From Candidatus Omnitrophota bacterium (lineage in GTDB: Bacteria > Omnitrophota > Gorgyraeia > Duberdicusellales > 4484-171), in contig JAMXCX010000003.1 in assembly GCA_024542985.1 (NCBI GenBank), positions 1 to 59,325 on the forward strand: DNA of 59,325 nucleotides. The letters are read 5' to 3'. Every line of letters starts with the position of its first letter. The stretch's first letter is position 1. The notes below the pieces were generated by a model, which was given only the letters and a program-made list of their open reading frames with translations, did no database searches and had not been told where the DNA came from. The position numbers and the translations under genes are program-made. Shown piece by piece: positions 10,301 through 18,787 of this stretch.

Positions 10301-10440
10301 TTTGGGGTATTATCTGCGCTACTGTGCTTACTTTGATCGCTCTTCCCTGTATCTATGCCATTATTGATGATATTGCACTTAAAATTTCCGGCCACGCTAT
10401 TGTGATAAGTAATAACAATAAAGAGAATAATAAGACTTAA
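7312..10440 (+). CDS. RND efflux transporter permease (AcrB/AcrD/AcrF family)
   Basis: 1042 aa; YPGA.P..E, GMLVDDGIIVAEN, GIVVNDSIVL and RLRPVILTT motifs. Confidence 0.95.
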   Translation: MKIAEYSVKHSLLVNLISVFILIAGFYTLFIFKIPREAFPEVSRDIVIIQTAYPGAPPQDLEKLVTIPIEKEIKGIGGVEETQSTSQENISTIRVDISQDVKDKRKVVDDIRRAVERVQDLPREVEKPIVTEITSGMIPVIQVALSGDLDEAVLQEYAENLEDILEDIPGVSSISRGGWRNKEVWVEVDPGKMRDVHVSLEEIMLALKKRNTSIPGGKIRAQKEFSIRTTGEFYTTDEIEKVVIRANEAGNWLRIKDVARVKFGFEDEDVINKSYGTRSINLTVIKRETADAIKIVDQVKKDTKDFLEYADSKLKVSYIRDMSFYIKRRLGVLKNNGIIGLFLVCCVLMLFLNFRIALLTALGLPIAFSATITVMGFVGLSINLITMFGLIIVLGMLVDDGIIVAENCARYLEEGLNPRQAAIVGTQEVARPVTATIITTIAAFFPLLFMEGMLGKFIWGIPLVVGIALSASLFEALVILPSHFADFVRVSKKFRSRKELPWFKKLISFYTRILNKALKRRYWVLSGLLIAFFLTILLAKSMPFILFGSQEGIEQFYIRAEVPLGTNIYTTNKLVRRIEEKVEQLPKNQVATYTTQVGLTSGRRMYDPYSKSGSHVAQVVVYLNPYSERKRRVSEIIEDLREKTKDIQGFDKIYFEKQRAGPPVGKAVAVKVRGEDFSVLQEIAGNIENFLKDKKGVSDIASDYEIGRGEIRVVINQDETARAFLSVGEIAASIRNAFRGGIATTIKPVKAEEEIDVIVRFPEKYRNKRETFDEILIPNKFGHLISLKKVAHLEDKLSVARIRHLNGKRVITIRAGVDNKNMTSSKVNELLSQEFKGISRKYPGYRIEYGGEQEENIKSRRSFIRAFGFAFFLIFLILAANFNSLVQPLVVMMAIPFGLIGVIWAFFFHGAAISFFMMMGVIGLSGIVVNDSIVLVDFINNLRRKGVARRDSIVQAGQLRLRPVILTTITTALGLTPTAYGIWGGDPFLKPMALTIVWGIICATVLTLIALPCIYAIIDDIALKISGHAIVISNNNKENNKT

Positions 10441-10521
10441 AACTTACAATATATCATTTCGTATTTGTTTTTATTGGCTGGATAAAGTATAATTTTATAG
10501 GTAGAGCCAGAGTAGATAATT

Positions 10522-11661
10522 ATGATTCAGAAACCATTTTTATTAAAAATTTACGAAGCTGCCAGTATGCAGCGCTGGAATGACCAAATACGCACAGTAG
10601 AACTTACAGAATTAGATAAGCAAGCCCATAAAATGATAATTGCTTATGTGTTGGGTAAGTGCGAAGAAGATTTTGGCACAAAAGGATTTGATTGGATAGA
10701 GGTTATAGAGGCCGGAATATTCGAATTTTTGCAGCGCATAGTAGTTACGGATTTAAAACCGGCATTATTTCACAGGATAAAAGAGGATAAGAAAAAATAT
10801 GCTCAGTTAAATGAGTGGGTTTATGAGAAAATAAACCCAATCATATCTCCCTTGGGAGAAGATTTTTGCAGGAGTTTTAAGAGCTATCTTCACGATACCA
10901 AACGGAACTTAAACCGCAGGATTATCAGCGCTGCCCATTTTTATGCCACAAAATGGGAGTTTGATATAATTGAGCGCGCCAATCCCAAAGGGTACTTAAT
11001 CAAGGAAATCAGAAAAGATATTAGGGAGAAGCAAAAGAGATATCACGATTTAAAAAGCATGCAGTTTTTGCTTAATTCGCCGCGTCTAAAATATTTTATA
11101 AATATATGCGGCCAGCTTCGTTTTCAGATACGCTGGAGCCATTTGCATCGGGCACCAAAAACTTCTGTTTTGGGGCACATGCTGCTAGTTGCAATGTTGT
11201 CATATCTTTTTTCCTTGCAGATAAAAGCTCAAGGCCAGAGATGTGTAAATAATTATTTTACCGGTCTTTTTCATGATTTGCCGGAGGTTCTTACCCGGGA
11301 TATAATTAACCCGGTAAAGCGCTCTGTTGAAGGTTTAAGTGAGTTAATCAAAGAATATGAATCTCAAGAAATGCAGAGAAAGATTTATAAGTTGATTCCT
11401 CGCTCTTGGCACGCTAGCATGCATATGTTTACCGAAAATGAGTTCGCTGATCTTGTTTCAAAAGAGGGCCTTATCCAAAGGGACGGAAGGTTAATTAAAG
11501 CTACAGATGAGTTGACCGCTTTTCTAGAGGCCTACCTGGCTTTATGCAACGGTATACAAAGCGAAGCTTTCAAAAATGCGAAACAGGACATTAAGAATCG
11601 ATATCATTCAAAGGTTATATCCGGGGTTAATTTCGGACAAATTTTTTCAGCTTTTGATTAA
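10522..11661 (+). CDS. Tandem HD-domain protein (YfbR-like phosphohydrolase)
   Basis: Two repeats (MQRW...H and QIRW...SVLGH); intact FHDLPE..TRD and KATD in the second repeat. Confidence 0.8.
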   Translation: MIQKPFLLKIYEAASMQRWNDQIRTVELTELDKQAHKMIIAYVLGKCEEDFGTKGFDWIEVIEAGIFEFLQRIVVTDLKPALFHRIKEDKKKYAQLNEWVYEKINPIISPLGEDFCRSFKSYLHDTKRNLNRRIISAAHFYATKWEFDIIERANPKGYLIKEIRKDIREKQKRYHDLKSMQFLLNSPRLKYFINICGQLRFQIRWSHLHRAPKTSVLGHMLLVAMLSYLFSLQIKAQGQRCVNNYFTGLFHDLPEVLTRDIINPVKRSVEGLSELIKEYESQEMQRKIYKLIPRSWHASMHMFTENEFADLVSKEGLIQRDGRLIKATDELTAFLEAYLALCNGIQSEAFKNAKQDIKNRYHSKVISGVNFGQIFSAFD

Positions 11662-11711
11662 GAAAGGTGTTTCCTTTTATTGGTAGTAGAAAAGACAAGG
11701 TTAAAGATAAA

Positions 11712-11748
11712 GAATAAAAAAAGACAGGGAAAAAATCCCTGCCTTTTT
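11712..11748 (-). terminator. Rho-independent terminator, probably bidirectional, between the HD and RRM genes
   Basis: AAAAAGACAGGGA-loop-TCCCTGCCTTTTT hairpin with A/T tracts on both sides. Confidence 0.75.
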
Positions 11749-11763
11749 AATTTCACAATAAGA

Positions 11764-12141
11764 TTATCTTTTAAATCTGCCGCCGCCGCCAGAATATCCG
11801 CCGCCGCCGCCAGAATATCCGCCGCCGCCGCCAGAATATCCGCCGCCGCCAAATCCACCTCTTGGGCCTCTGTCGGTACGAGGTTTCATTTTCTGAGCTT
11901 TGTTTACTTTTAGTGTTCTTCCATTTAGCTCCACACCGTTTAAGGCATCTATTGCTTTATTGGCATCTTCCTCGGTTTCAAACTCTGCAAACCCGAAACC
12001 TTTGGCTCTGCCAGTATTTCTGTCTGATATGAGTTTTACTTCTTTTACGGTTACTCCCTTTTCTTCGATGGCTTTGCGTACGTCCTCTTCAGTTAAATCA
12101 TACGCTAAATTACCCAGATAAATCTTCTTTTCTTCTTCCAT
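11764..12141 (-). CDS. RRM (RNP-1) RNA-binding protein with Gly-rich tail
   Basis: RNP2 IYLGNL and RNP1 KGFGFAEF; start at MEEEKK after an AAGGAG RBS. Confidence 0.93.
   Translation of the reverse strand: MEEEKKIYLGNLAYDLTEEDVRKAIEEKGVTVKEVKLISDRNTGRAKGFGFAEFETEEDANKAIDALNGVELNGRTLKVNKAQKMKPRTDRGPRGGFGGGGYSGGGGGYSGGGGGYSGGGGRFKR
11779..11850. repeat. 21-bp tandem repeat (about 3.4 copies) encoding GGGGGYS
   Basis: gccgccgccgccagaatatcc x3 plus a partial copy. Confidence 0.95.
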
Positions 12142-12199
12142 TACATTTACTCCTTTTGAAAAAAATTCATACAAAAAATATCCCTTTTAGTAACGTTTA

Positions 12200-12364
12200 T
12201 CAACGTTTTTTGTTTTTCGCTTTTTCCCTCCTTTTTTGAGATGGTTTTGTGTAATATTGGCGTTCACGGCATCTTTTTATAATGCCTTCTCTTTTGCATT
12301 GTAATTTGAAACCCCGTAACGCCTTTTCAAAGTCCCTATTTGTTTCAATCTTTACTTCTGCCAT
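12200..12364 (-). CDS. rpsU: 30S ribosomal protein S21 (54 aa; absent from ORF track)
   Basis: Manual translation MAEVKIETNRDFEKALRGFKLQCKREGIIKRCRERQYYTKPSQKRREKAKNKKR with the bS21 pattern E.ALR.FK...YYTKPS; GGAGAGGA RBS. Confidence 0.93.
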   Translation of the reverse strand: MAEVKIETNRDFEKALRGFKLQCKREGIIKRCRERQYYTKPSQKRREKAKNKKR

Positions 12365-12527
12365 TTATCCTCTCCTTTTTTCATTTTGGTCATTCTATCA
12401 TACTTTTCGATTTTAGCAAGAAGAAAAAATCAAGGGTTGGACTACTTGATTTTTCTGCAGATAATGGTATGATAATCACCAAGAGAAGTGATTAAGCTAA
12501 TGTTTTCAAAGCTTAAATAGGCCTATC

Positions 12528-12932
12528 ATGCTCATATATCTAATTTTGTTGTTTACTATAGTACCGGTTATAGAACTTGCTCTCTTGCTGAAAGTAGGCC
12601 AGTTTATGGGGGTGGTTAATACTATTGCCATTGTCATTATCACCGGTATAACCGGTGCCTTGCTTGCAAAATTACAGGGTCTGCGTATATTACACAGGGT
12701 TGAAGCTGATATTAATCAGGGCAAAATGCCGGCGGATAAACTTTTTGACGGAGTCTTGATTTTGTGTAGCGGTTTATTATTATTGACCCCCGGATTTCTT
12801 ACTGACTTAATCGGCTTTGCAGGATTAATTCCTTTTACAAGAGGTTTATTTAAAACGTTACTTAAGCGAAAAATAAAGAATATTATTGCTGAAGGTAAAA
12901 TCATTACCCTTGCGTCTTTTAGGTCTCGGTAG
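12528..12932 (+). CDS. fxsA: FxsA family membrane protein
   Basis: VPVIEL, GALLAKLQG and LLLTPGFLTDLIG motifs. Confidence 0.9.
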   Translation: MLIYLILLFTIVPVIELALLLKVGQFMGVVNTIAIVIITGITGALLAKLQGLRILHRVEADINQGKMPADKLFDGVLILCSGLLLLTPGFLTDLIGFAGLIPFTRGLFKTLLKRKIKNIIAEGKIITLASFRSR

Positions 12933-13159
12933 GGTCATTTTTAGTATAATTACCGGGTATTTTGTTCTAAAATAAGTCTTTTGTTTATGAAATCTTTCTC
13001 TAATCACTGCAATCAGGGACTGTATTTCGCAGTCCCAAAATAACGGTTTAGAACTCGACATAAGCAGTATTTTTTGGTATAATTTTGCATTGCAAAAATA
13101 TAGATTTTTCCTTATAGTTCTAGGGATAAAAGGTTAAGCAAAGTCAGGAGAAAATACGT

Positions 13160-13489
13160 ATGTCAGTTAAAGAAATTATCAAAAAGTGCAGTAGGCTAAG
13201 TGTTTATGAGCAGCGTGTCGTTAAGGATGATTATGCAGAGTTAGTGTTTTTTAGCAAAGATGTAGTTGCGTGGGGGGAAAATATTGCTGAGGCTTTAGGC
13301 CCCGCGATCAAATCCGCAGAAGCAAAACCAACCAAGAACGCTTTAGATTTAACAAAAGACCATGGGGGAATCTGGGATAATCAAACATTATTTGGGAAAG
13401 AGTTTAATGGTTACAGTATTATAGCTATGTTTTGTCCCTGGCAGGATGAAGTCCACACAACCTTGAAGATAATTTGTTTGAAGAAATAA
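13160..13489 (+). CDS. Hypothetical protein
   Basis: 109-aa ORF with AGGAG RBS; no family recognised. Confidence 0.7.
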   Translation: MSVKEIIKKCSRLSVYEQRVVKDDYAELVFFSKDVVAWGENIAEALGPAIKSAEAKPTKNALDLTKDHGGIWDNQTLFGKEFNGYSIIAMFCPWQDEVHTTLKIICLKK

Positions 13490-13583
13490 AGATAAGCTAT
13501 TTTTAAATTCCTATTCCCTGATTTTGTCGGGAGTACACCATTTTCTAAGCCGCATTTCCAAGATTTAACATAAAAGTAATTAG

Positions 13584-13979
13584 ATGGATTGTCCAGTTTG
13601 CCGGAATGCTATGGTCGTTTTCGAACTCGATGAGGTAGAAATTGACCATTGTTTGGGTTGTAGAGGTATTTGGCTTGATTCAGGAGAACTTGAGCTTTTG
13701 CTGGAAAGCGTCCAAGAAAAAAACCAGGTGTTAACTTCTTTTGAAATTGATAAAACCAGCCATGAGAAAAAACGCAAGTGCCCGATATGCCTAAAAAAAA
13801 TGGACAAAGTATCTTGGGGAAAAGATAAAAAAGTTTTAATTGATAAATGCCGTAATGGTGACGGGATTTGGTTTGACGCCGGTGAGCTCTGTGAAGTTAT
13901 TGATACAGTAAGTATAGATAGGAATAATAAGATTATATCTATGTTAAAGGATGTATTCAGAAACAGTTTAACAAAATAA
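13584..13979 (+). CDS. Double zf-TFIIB-type zinc-ribbon protein
   Basis: Two repeats of CPxC...ID.C....GIW.D.GEL. Confidence 0.88.
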   Translation: MDCPVCRNAMVVFELDEVEIDHCLGCRGIWLDSGELELLLESVQEKNQVLTSFEIDKTSHEKKRKCPICLKKMDKVSWGKDKKVLIDKCRNGDGIWFDAGELCEVIDTVSIDRNNKIISMLKDVFRNSLTK

Positions 13980-14062
13980 ATGAAGCTGTTGCGGGCTAGC
14001 ACCCGTAGTATCTTTATTTTTCCTAGGCTGTTGTGAGCTTCGGAGAAAAAGGGGGTCTAAAG

Positions 14063-14620
14063 ATGATGTTTCTAGGAGTGTTTTTAGCAATTGCTATCTT
14101 GGGGGTGTTGTATCTTGTGGGTATATATAATGTGCTTATTCGGTTGAGAAACAGGGCTAAGAACGCCTGGTCTCAGATTGATGTCCAACTTAAAAGAAGG
14201 CATGATCTTATTCCTAACTTGGTAAAAACAGCAAAAGGTTACATGGCTCATGAGAGAGAGACCCTAGAAAATATTACAAAAGCAAGGAGCCAGGCCATGG
14301 GAGCCGGAAGTGTGAGAGAGAAGTCAAAAGCCGAAGGTGAGTTAAGCGGCGCTATGAGTAAATTTTTCCTAGTTGTTGAGAATTATCCTGACCTCAAGGC
14401 AAACCAGAATTTTCTGGCCCTTCAAGAAGAATTGACATCGACAGAGAATAAAATAGCATTTTCCCGGCAGGCTTATAATGACCAGGTTCTTTTCTTTAAT
14501 AATAAAATACAGATGTTCCCTTCGAATATAGTCGCTCAGAGCTTTAATTTTAAGACAGAAGAGTTTTTCGCGATAGAGGATAAGCAGGAAAGAAAAGTAC
14601 CTAAAGTAAACTTTTCATAA
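14063..14620 (+). CDS. lemA: LemA family protein
   Basis: AWSQIDVQLKRRHDLIPNLV, VENYPDLKANQNF and FPSNIVA motifs. Confidence 0.95.
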   Translation: MMFLGVFLAIAILGVLYLVGIYNVLIRLRNRAKNAWSQIDVQLKRRHDLIPNLVKTAKGYMAHERETLENITKARSQAMGAGSVREKSKAEGELSGAMSKFFLVVENYPDLKANQNFLALQEELTSTENKIAFSRQAYNDQVLFFNNKIQMFPSNIVAQSFNFKTEEFFAIEDKQERKVPKVNFS

Positions 14621-14652
14621 ATATACTCCCAATTTAGTCCTATCGTTTAGTT

Positions 14653-16056
14653 ATGTGGGAATTAATCAAAGAGAACGAAAGGAAGTCATGGATTCTCTTT
14701 ATAAGCATGGGGTTTTGCCTAAGCCTGCTAGGATATGTTATTGGCCGGGTATGGTTTGGGCCTGACGGGGGATTGGCAGGTACATTACTCGCTTTATGCC
14801 TATGGTTTGGGTTAGCTTTACTGAGCTATTTTAAGGGAGATTCCATACTCCTTCTTAGCAGCCACGCCAAAGAAATAACCTATGATATTCATCCTCAGCT
14901 TTTTAATATTGTTGAGGAGATGAAGATAGCGGCAAATCTTTCCTCAATGCCGAGAATATATATGATTGATGACCCTTCTCCTAATGCCTTTGCTACGGGG
15001 AGAAGTTTAGAAAAAAGTTCCATAGCAGTAACAGCAGGATTAATTTCCCGGCTTAACCGCGATGAACTTCAGGGCGTAATCGCTCATGAGATGTCCCACA
15101 TAATCAACAGAGATGTTCTTTATATGACTTTTGCCGGTGTAATGCTGGGGAGCATTGTCATGCTTTCTCAAGTCTTTTTGCGCAGCATGTGGTATTCTTC
15201 AGGGTCTTCACGAAGATACCGGGCTAGCTCTTCAAAAGGCGGGGGCCAGGCTCAACTTATAATACTTATTGTAACTATTGCTTTTGCCATATTGGCCCCG
15301 ATATTGGCCCGCATTTTTTATTTTGCTTTATCGCGCAAGAGAGAATATTTAGCAGATGCCTCAGCCGTACGGTTAACCCGCTACCCTGAAGGGTTGGCTT
15401 GCGCACTCAGTAAAATTTCCGGTTCAAATACTGAGTTGCGTGTGGCTAATAAAATAACCGCCCCGATGTATATTACCAATCCTTTAAAGAGAAAAAAAAT
15501 TAAAGCTGTCGGCCTATTTAGTACGCACCCCCCTATAGAGGAGCGGGTAAGGATTTTAAGAGATATGATGGGAGGGGTTAATTACTCTGATTACCAGAAG
15601 TCATTTTCTAAGGCTAAATCAGGGACGCCTGCCATTATGCCTGCTTCTGCTCTGGATGATCCCGCTTTTATTTCTATTCGTAAACCGATTAAGGATAGTG
15701 TTAAAGCGCAAACTAAAAAGCAAAAAGCAAGAGATATAGGCGATTTGATGAGAGCCTTAAATAAGTATATCTTTTTAGTGTGTCTTTGCGGTCTTAAGAT
15801 AAAAGTTCCTCCTAATTTTAAAAAACCAAAAGTGTCCTGCCCGCGCTGTAAGCGCCAAATCGATGTACCTCTCACAGACTTAAAAACAGCTGCTTCAGTA
15901 GATATAAAACCTCAAGTGTATATTAGAAAGACTAAAAGTTGGGAGACTTTTAAGTGTTCTTGCGGTAAATTACTGCAGGTTTCCCCGCGCTTTGGGGGTT
16001 CACGAATTACTTGTTACGCCTGCAAAAGAAAAATCGAAATTAAAAGCTCAAATTGA
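14653..16056 (+). CDS. htpX: M48 (HtpX-like) zinc metalloprotease with C-terminal zinc-ribbon extension
   Basis: PNAFATG, AHEMSH, SRKREYLAD and STHPP motifs; tail with CLCG..CPRC and CSCG..CYAC. Confidence 0.9.
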   Translation: MWELIKENERKSWILFISMGFCLSLLGYVIGRVWFGPDGGLAGTLLALCLWFGLALLSYFKGDSILLLSSHAKEITYDIHPQLFNIVEEMKIAANLSSMPRIYMIDDPSPNAFATGRSLEKSSIAVTAGLISRLNRDELQGVIAHEMSHIINRDVLYMTFAGVMLGSIVMLSQVFLRSMWYSSGSSRRYRASSSKGGGQAQLIILIVTIAFAILAPILARIFYFALSRKREYLADASAVRLTRYPEGLACALSKISGSNTELRVANKITAPMYITNPLKRKKIKAVGLFSTHPPIEERVRILRDMMGGVNYSDYQKSFSKAKSGTPAIMPASALDDPAFISIRKPIKDSVKAQTKKQKARDIGDLMRALNKYIFLVCLCGLKIKVPPNFKKPKVSCPRCKRQIDVPLTDLKTAASVDIKPQVYIRKTKSWETFKCSCGKLLQVSPRFGGSRITCYACKRKIEIKSSN

Positions 16057-16183
16057 GGATACTTAGTAAGTATCGTTTGAAAAGATGGTTAAAATGTGTT
16101 TTTACCCGATAGGAGAAAACCAGAGAAATAGACAGGGATATTTTGGTATCGGCTTGCCTGCCGAAAGGTCAGGGATTGTACTT

Positions 16184-16621
16184 TTAACTATCCGGAGTTT
16201 TTTCAAGCCTATCTAATAATTCATTAACCCTATTTACCAGGGGTAAGAATTTATCGCCTTCTCTCAAATTAATATGACCTTTTTTCTCACCTCTTAGATG
16301 CTCGTCAAGTTCCCGGATTATCCTGTCGAAAGGGCCAAGTATTGCAAAGGTGATTTTGTGAGCTATGATGAGTATTACGATTATGCTGATAGGCAGGGCA
16401 ATTGCCAGGATTAGAAAAACTTTTTCAGCTGCGGGGAGGATATTGTAGGCAATTACTTCAGGGATGCTGAGTTGGTCTGCCATCACTCCGAAGATTAGAT
16501 AATAGAGGCAGATAGTGGTGATGACTGCCGGTAAAGCCCCGGCTATAAAAACCAAAAATACAGTTTGGCTATGGAGTTTATTTGCGAAAAGTTGTTTTCT
16601 TTTATTCTTTGGTTTGTTCAT
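16184..16621 (-). CDS. Hypothetical two-TM membrane protein with HAMP-like C-terminus
   Basis: Two hydrophobic segments followed by GPFDRI...LREGD...LVNRVN. Confidence 0.65.
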   Translation of the reverse strand: MNKPKNKRKQLFANKLHSQTVFLVFIAGALPAVITTICLYYLIFGVMADQLSIPEVIAYNILPAAEKVFLILAIALPISIIVILIIAHKITFAILGPFDRIIRELDEHLRGEKKGHINLREGDKFLPLVNRVNELLDRLEKTPDS

Positions 16622-17288
16622 TCTTATACCTCACTTTTATATTTGTATATTGGGCCTCGGCAGTAGAAAGGGTGTTGTCGGTATCGGTCATTAAGGCTAT
16701 GGCTCCGACCCAGCCCGGCCGTCTGCCAAAAGCTTTCAGGTAGTCTTGGTAGATATTTCTTTCTTCTTTAACCCATTTGTTTTTGTTTTTTATACCTGAT
16801 TCAGCGACGATTAACTTAATATTTCTAGAGTAAGGGCTGGTTATTATAGTGCCTTCAGGCAGGGTTTCGTCCCAGATATATTCGATGCATTTTATCTTGA
16901 AAAATATCCAACTGGGGAAAATAACATATACCCTGGCTGCGTAATCATCTTTTTCTAGCCACCCCCCTTTGGCAACTTTGTTTGTGCCTTTTTCAGGAAA
17001 TTTAGATACTTTCCATTGCCAGCTTATCATGGGGAACTTTTTAGGGTGAAATTTTATTCTGTACAAAAGGCTGGAACAGGCTTGCTCACTTTTAGCTGAG
17101 AGGTAGCCGCCTTTTTCTTCTGTTTTAACTATATACAAGACTCTGTTTTTGAATATTTTTTCTTGCCATTCATTTAGAGCGTTATCATTATTAAAAGGAA
17201 ACCATTTCGGAAGGCCATAAGTATAAGAGTAACATGTAAAAGAGAAAACTATTACTAAGAAAACAATTGATAGTTTGTTTTTTTTCAT
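16602..17288 (-). CDS. DUF3047 family exported protein
   Basis: Signal peptide; WQWKV, DDYAARVYVIF, YIWD and ALMTDTDNT motifs. Confidence 0.85.
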   Translation of the reverse strand: MKKNKLSIVFLVIVFSFTCYSYTYGLPKWFPFNNDNALNEWQEKIFKNRVLYIVKTEEKGGYLSAKSEQACSSLLYRIKFHPKKFPMISWQWKVSKFPEKGTNKVAKGGWLEKDDYAARVYVIFPSWIFFKIKCIEYIWDETLPEGTIITSPYSRNIKLIVAESGIKNKNKWVKEERNIYQDYLKAFGRRPGWVGAIALMTDTDNTLSTAEAQYTNIKVRYKNEQTKE

Positions 17289-17554
17289 ATCTAATAAAAA
17301 GATATTGACTTAGATTTTTTGTGACTTTTTAATTTTACCTCTCATTTTATAGATAGTCAATATATTATATAACATAATAGTCGATTGAAGCTTAAAAATA
17401 GCAGTAGCCACATTCATCTAGAAAAAGTGTATAAAATGTTTAAAAGAGTCCAATTAATTGGGGAATTTTTAAATTTTTGTGGTTGTAGTAGTTTCTGGTA
17501 TAATGTTTTTCTAAAAGCGCTTATAACTGTTGCTATTTTTGAAGTATAAGATAC

Positions 17555-17768
17555 TGTCAAAATTTATATGAAAATTACAAATTCCAAGCATCAAATAACA
17601 AATAATTACCAAATTCCAAGCATCAAATAACAAATAATTACCAAATTCCAATTTATAAATACCCAAAACATTAGTATCTATTTTAATGTTTTGAATTTTG
17701 GTCATTGAATATTGGAATTTATTTGGGATTTGGAAATTGATATTTGGGATTTACGTAAACTTTTGATA
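17555..17768. mobile_element. Non-autonomous MITE-like element, copy 1 (214 bp, with internal 32-bp tandem duplication)
   Basis: Near-identical to 24422-24603; imperfect terminal inverted repeats; 17578-17609 duplicated at 17610-17641. Confidence 0.75.
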
Positions 17769-17798
17769 ATACGAAGTATAACAAGGGGAGGCAATAAT

Positions 17799-18749
17799 AT
17801 GTACAGAGAAAAGATTAAGGTCTTAGATTGCACTATCCGTGACGGAGGGCTCATAAATAACCATGATTTTGATCATCGTTTTGTCCGCCAAGTATATAAA
17901 GCGATATCAGCAAGCGGTGTTGATTATATGGAAATCGGTTATAAGAATTCCAAGGAGCTTTTTTCACCGTCAGAGTATGGTTCATGGAAATTTTGCGATG
18001 ATGAAGAAATAGCTAAAGTAATAGAAGGAGTAGAATCAAAGACAAAAATTTCAGTAATGGTGGATGTAGACCGGGTTAATCTCCAAGACATAAAGCCCGC
18101 GGATAAAAGCCCGGTCGATATGATACGAGTTGCTTCTTACGTGAAAGATATTGATAAAGCAATATACATGGTCAATCATTTCGCTGATAAAGGCTATGAG
18201 ACAACTATCAATATTATGGCTATTTCTCGAGATCAGGGCTTAGAGTTGGATGAAGCCCTGAAACAGATAGAAAAAGAAAGCCGGGTAAATGTAGTGTATA
18301 TAGTGGATAGTTTCGGATCTTTATACCAGGAAAACATTGAGTATTTGGTAAAAAGGTTTAAAAAGTCATTGAAGACTAAGGAGATAGGTTTTCACGGACA
18401 TAATCATCAACAGCTAGCTTTTGGAAATACTATCGAAGCTATTATTCACGATGCAAATTACCTTGATGGTACGGTATATGGTATTGGCCGGGCAGCGGGA
18501 AATTGTCCTTTGGAGCTCTTAATCGGATTTTTAAAAAATCCCAAATTTGATATACGTCCAATTCTGGATTTGATATCTTATGAATTTATTCCTTTGCGGG
18601 AGAAAATCGAGTGGGGTTATATTATTCCTTATGCAATAGCAGGAATGATGAATGTGCATCCCCGGGCAGCTATGGCTTTGCGTAAAAGCGATAAAAAAGA
18701 AAATTATCGTGAGTTTTACGAAAGTCTGGCTAATGCAGAGATAGATTAA
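17799..18749 (+). CDS. HMGL-like (DRE-TIM) aldolase, 4-hydroxy-2-oxovalerate aldolase-like
   Basis: LDCTIRDGG, VDSFGS, GFHGHN and GIGRAAGN motifs; true start at MYREK after GGGGAGG. Confidence 0.85.
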   Translation: MYREKIKVLDCTIRDGGLINNHDFDHRFVRQVYKAISASGVDYMEIGYKNSKELFSPSEYGSWKFCDDEEIAKVIEGVESKTKISVMVDVDRVNLQDIKPADKSPVDMIRVASYVKDIDKAIYMVNHFADKGYETTINIMAISRDQGLELDEALKQIEKESRVNVVYIVDSFGSLYQENIEYLVKRFKKSLKTKEIGFHGHNHQQLAFGNTIEAIIHDANYLDGTVYGIGRAAGNCPLELLIGFLKNPKFDIRPILDLISYEFIPLREKIEWGYIIPYAIAGMMNVHPRAAMALRKSDKKENYREFYESLANAEID

Positions 18750-18787
18750 CTAACAGCAAAGGAAGCAATGGCGAGACAAGATTAAGT

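Noticed and set aside
11658-11913. ORFs with AAAADIL / SAAAARI repeats
   Set aside because: These are alternative-frame readings of the 21-bp repeat in the RRM gene.
17367-17394. dif-like site (minus strand TAAGCTTCAAT-CGACTA-TTATGTTATAT)
   Set aside because: The XerD-like arm matches 10/11, but the XerC arm is poor, the context is AT-rich and the strand bias does not switch.
17511-17798. ORF 17511-17705 and the N-terminal extension of the aldolase from 17712
   Set aside because: Both are translations of the MITE-like element. The RBS supports a start at 17799.
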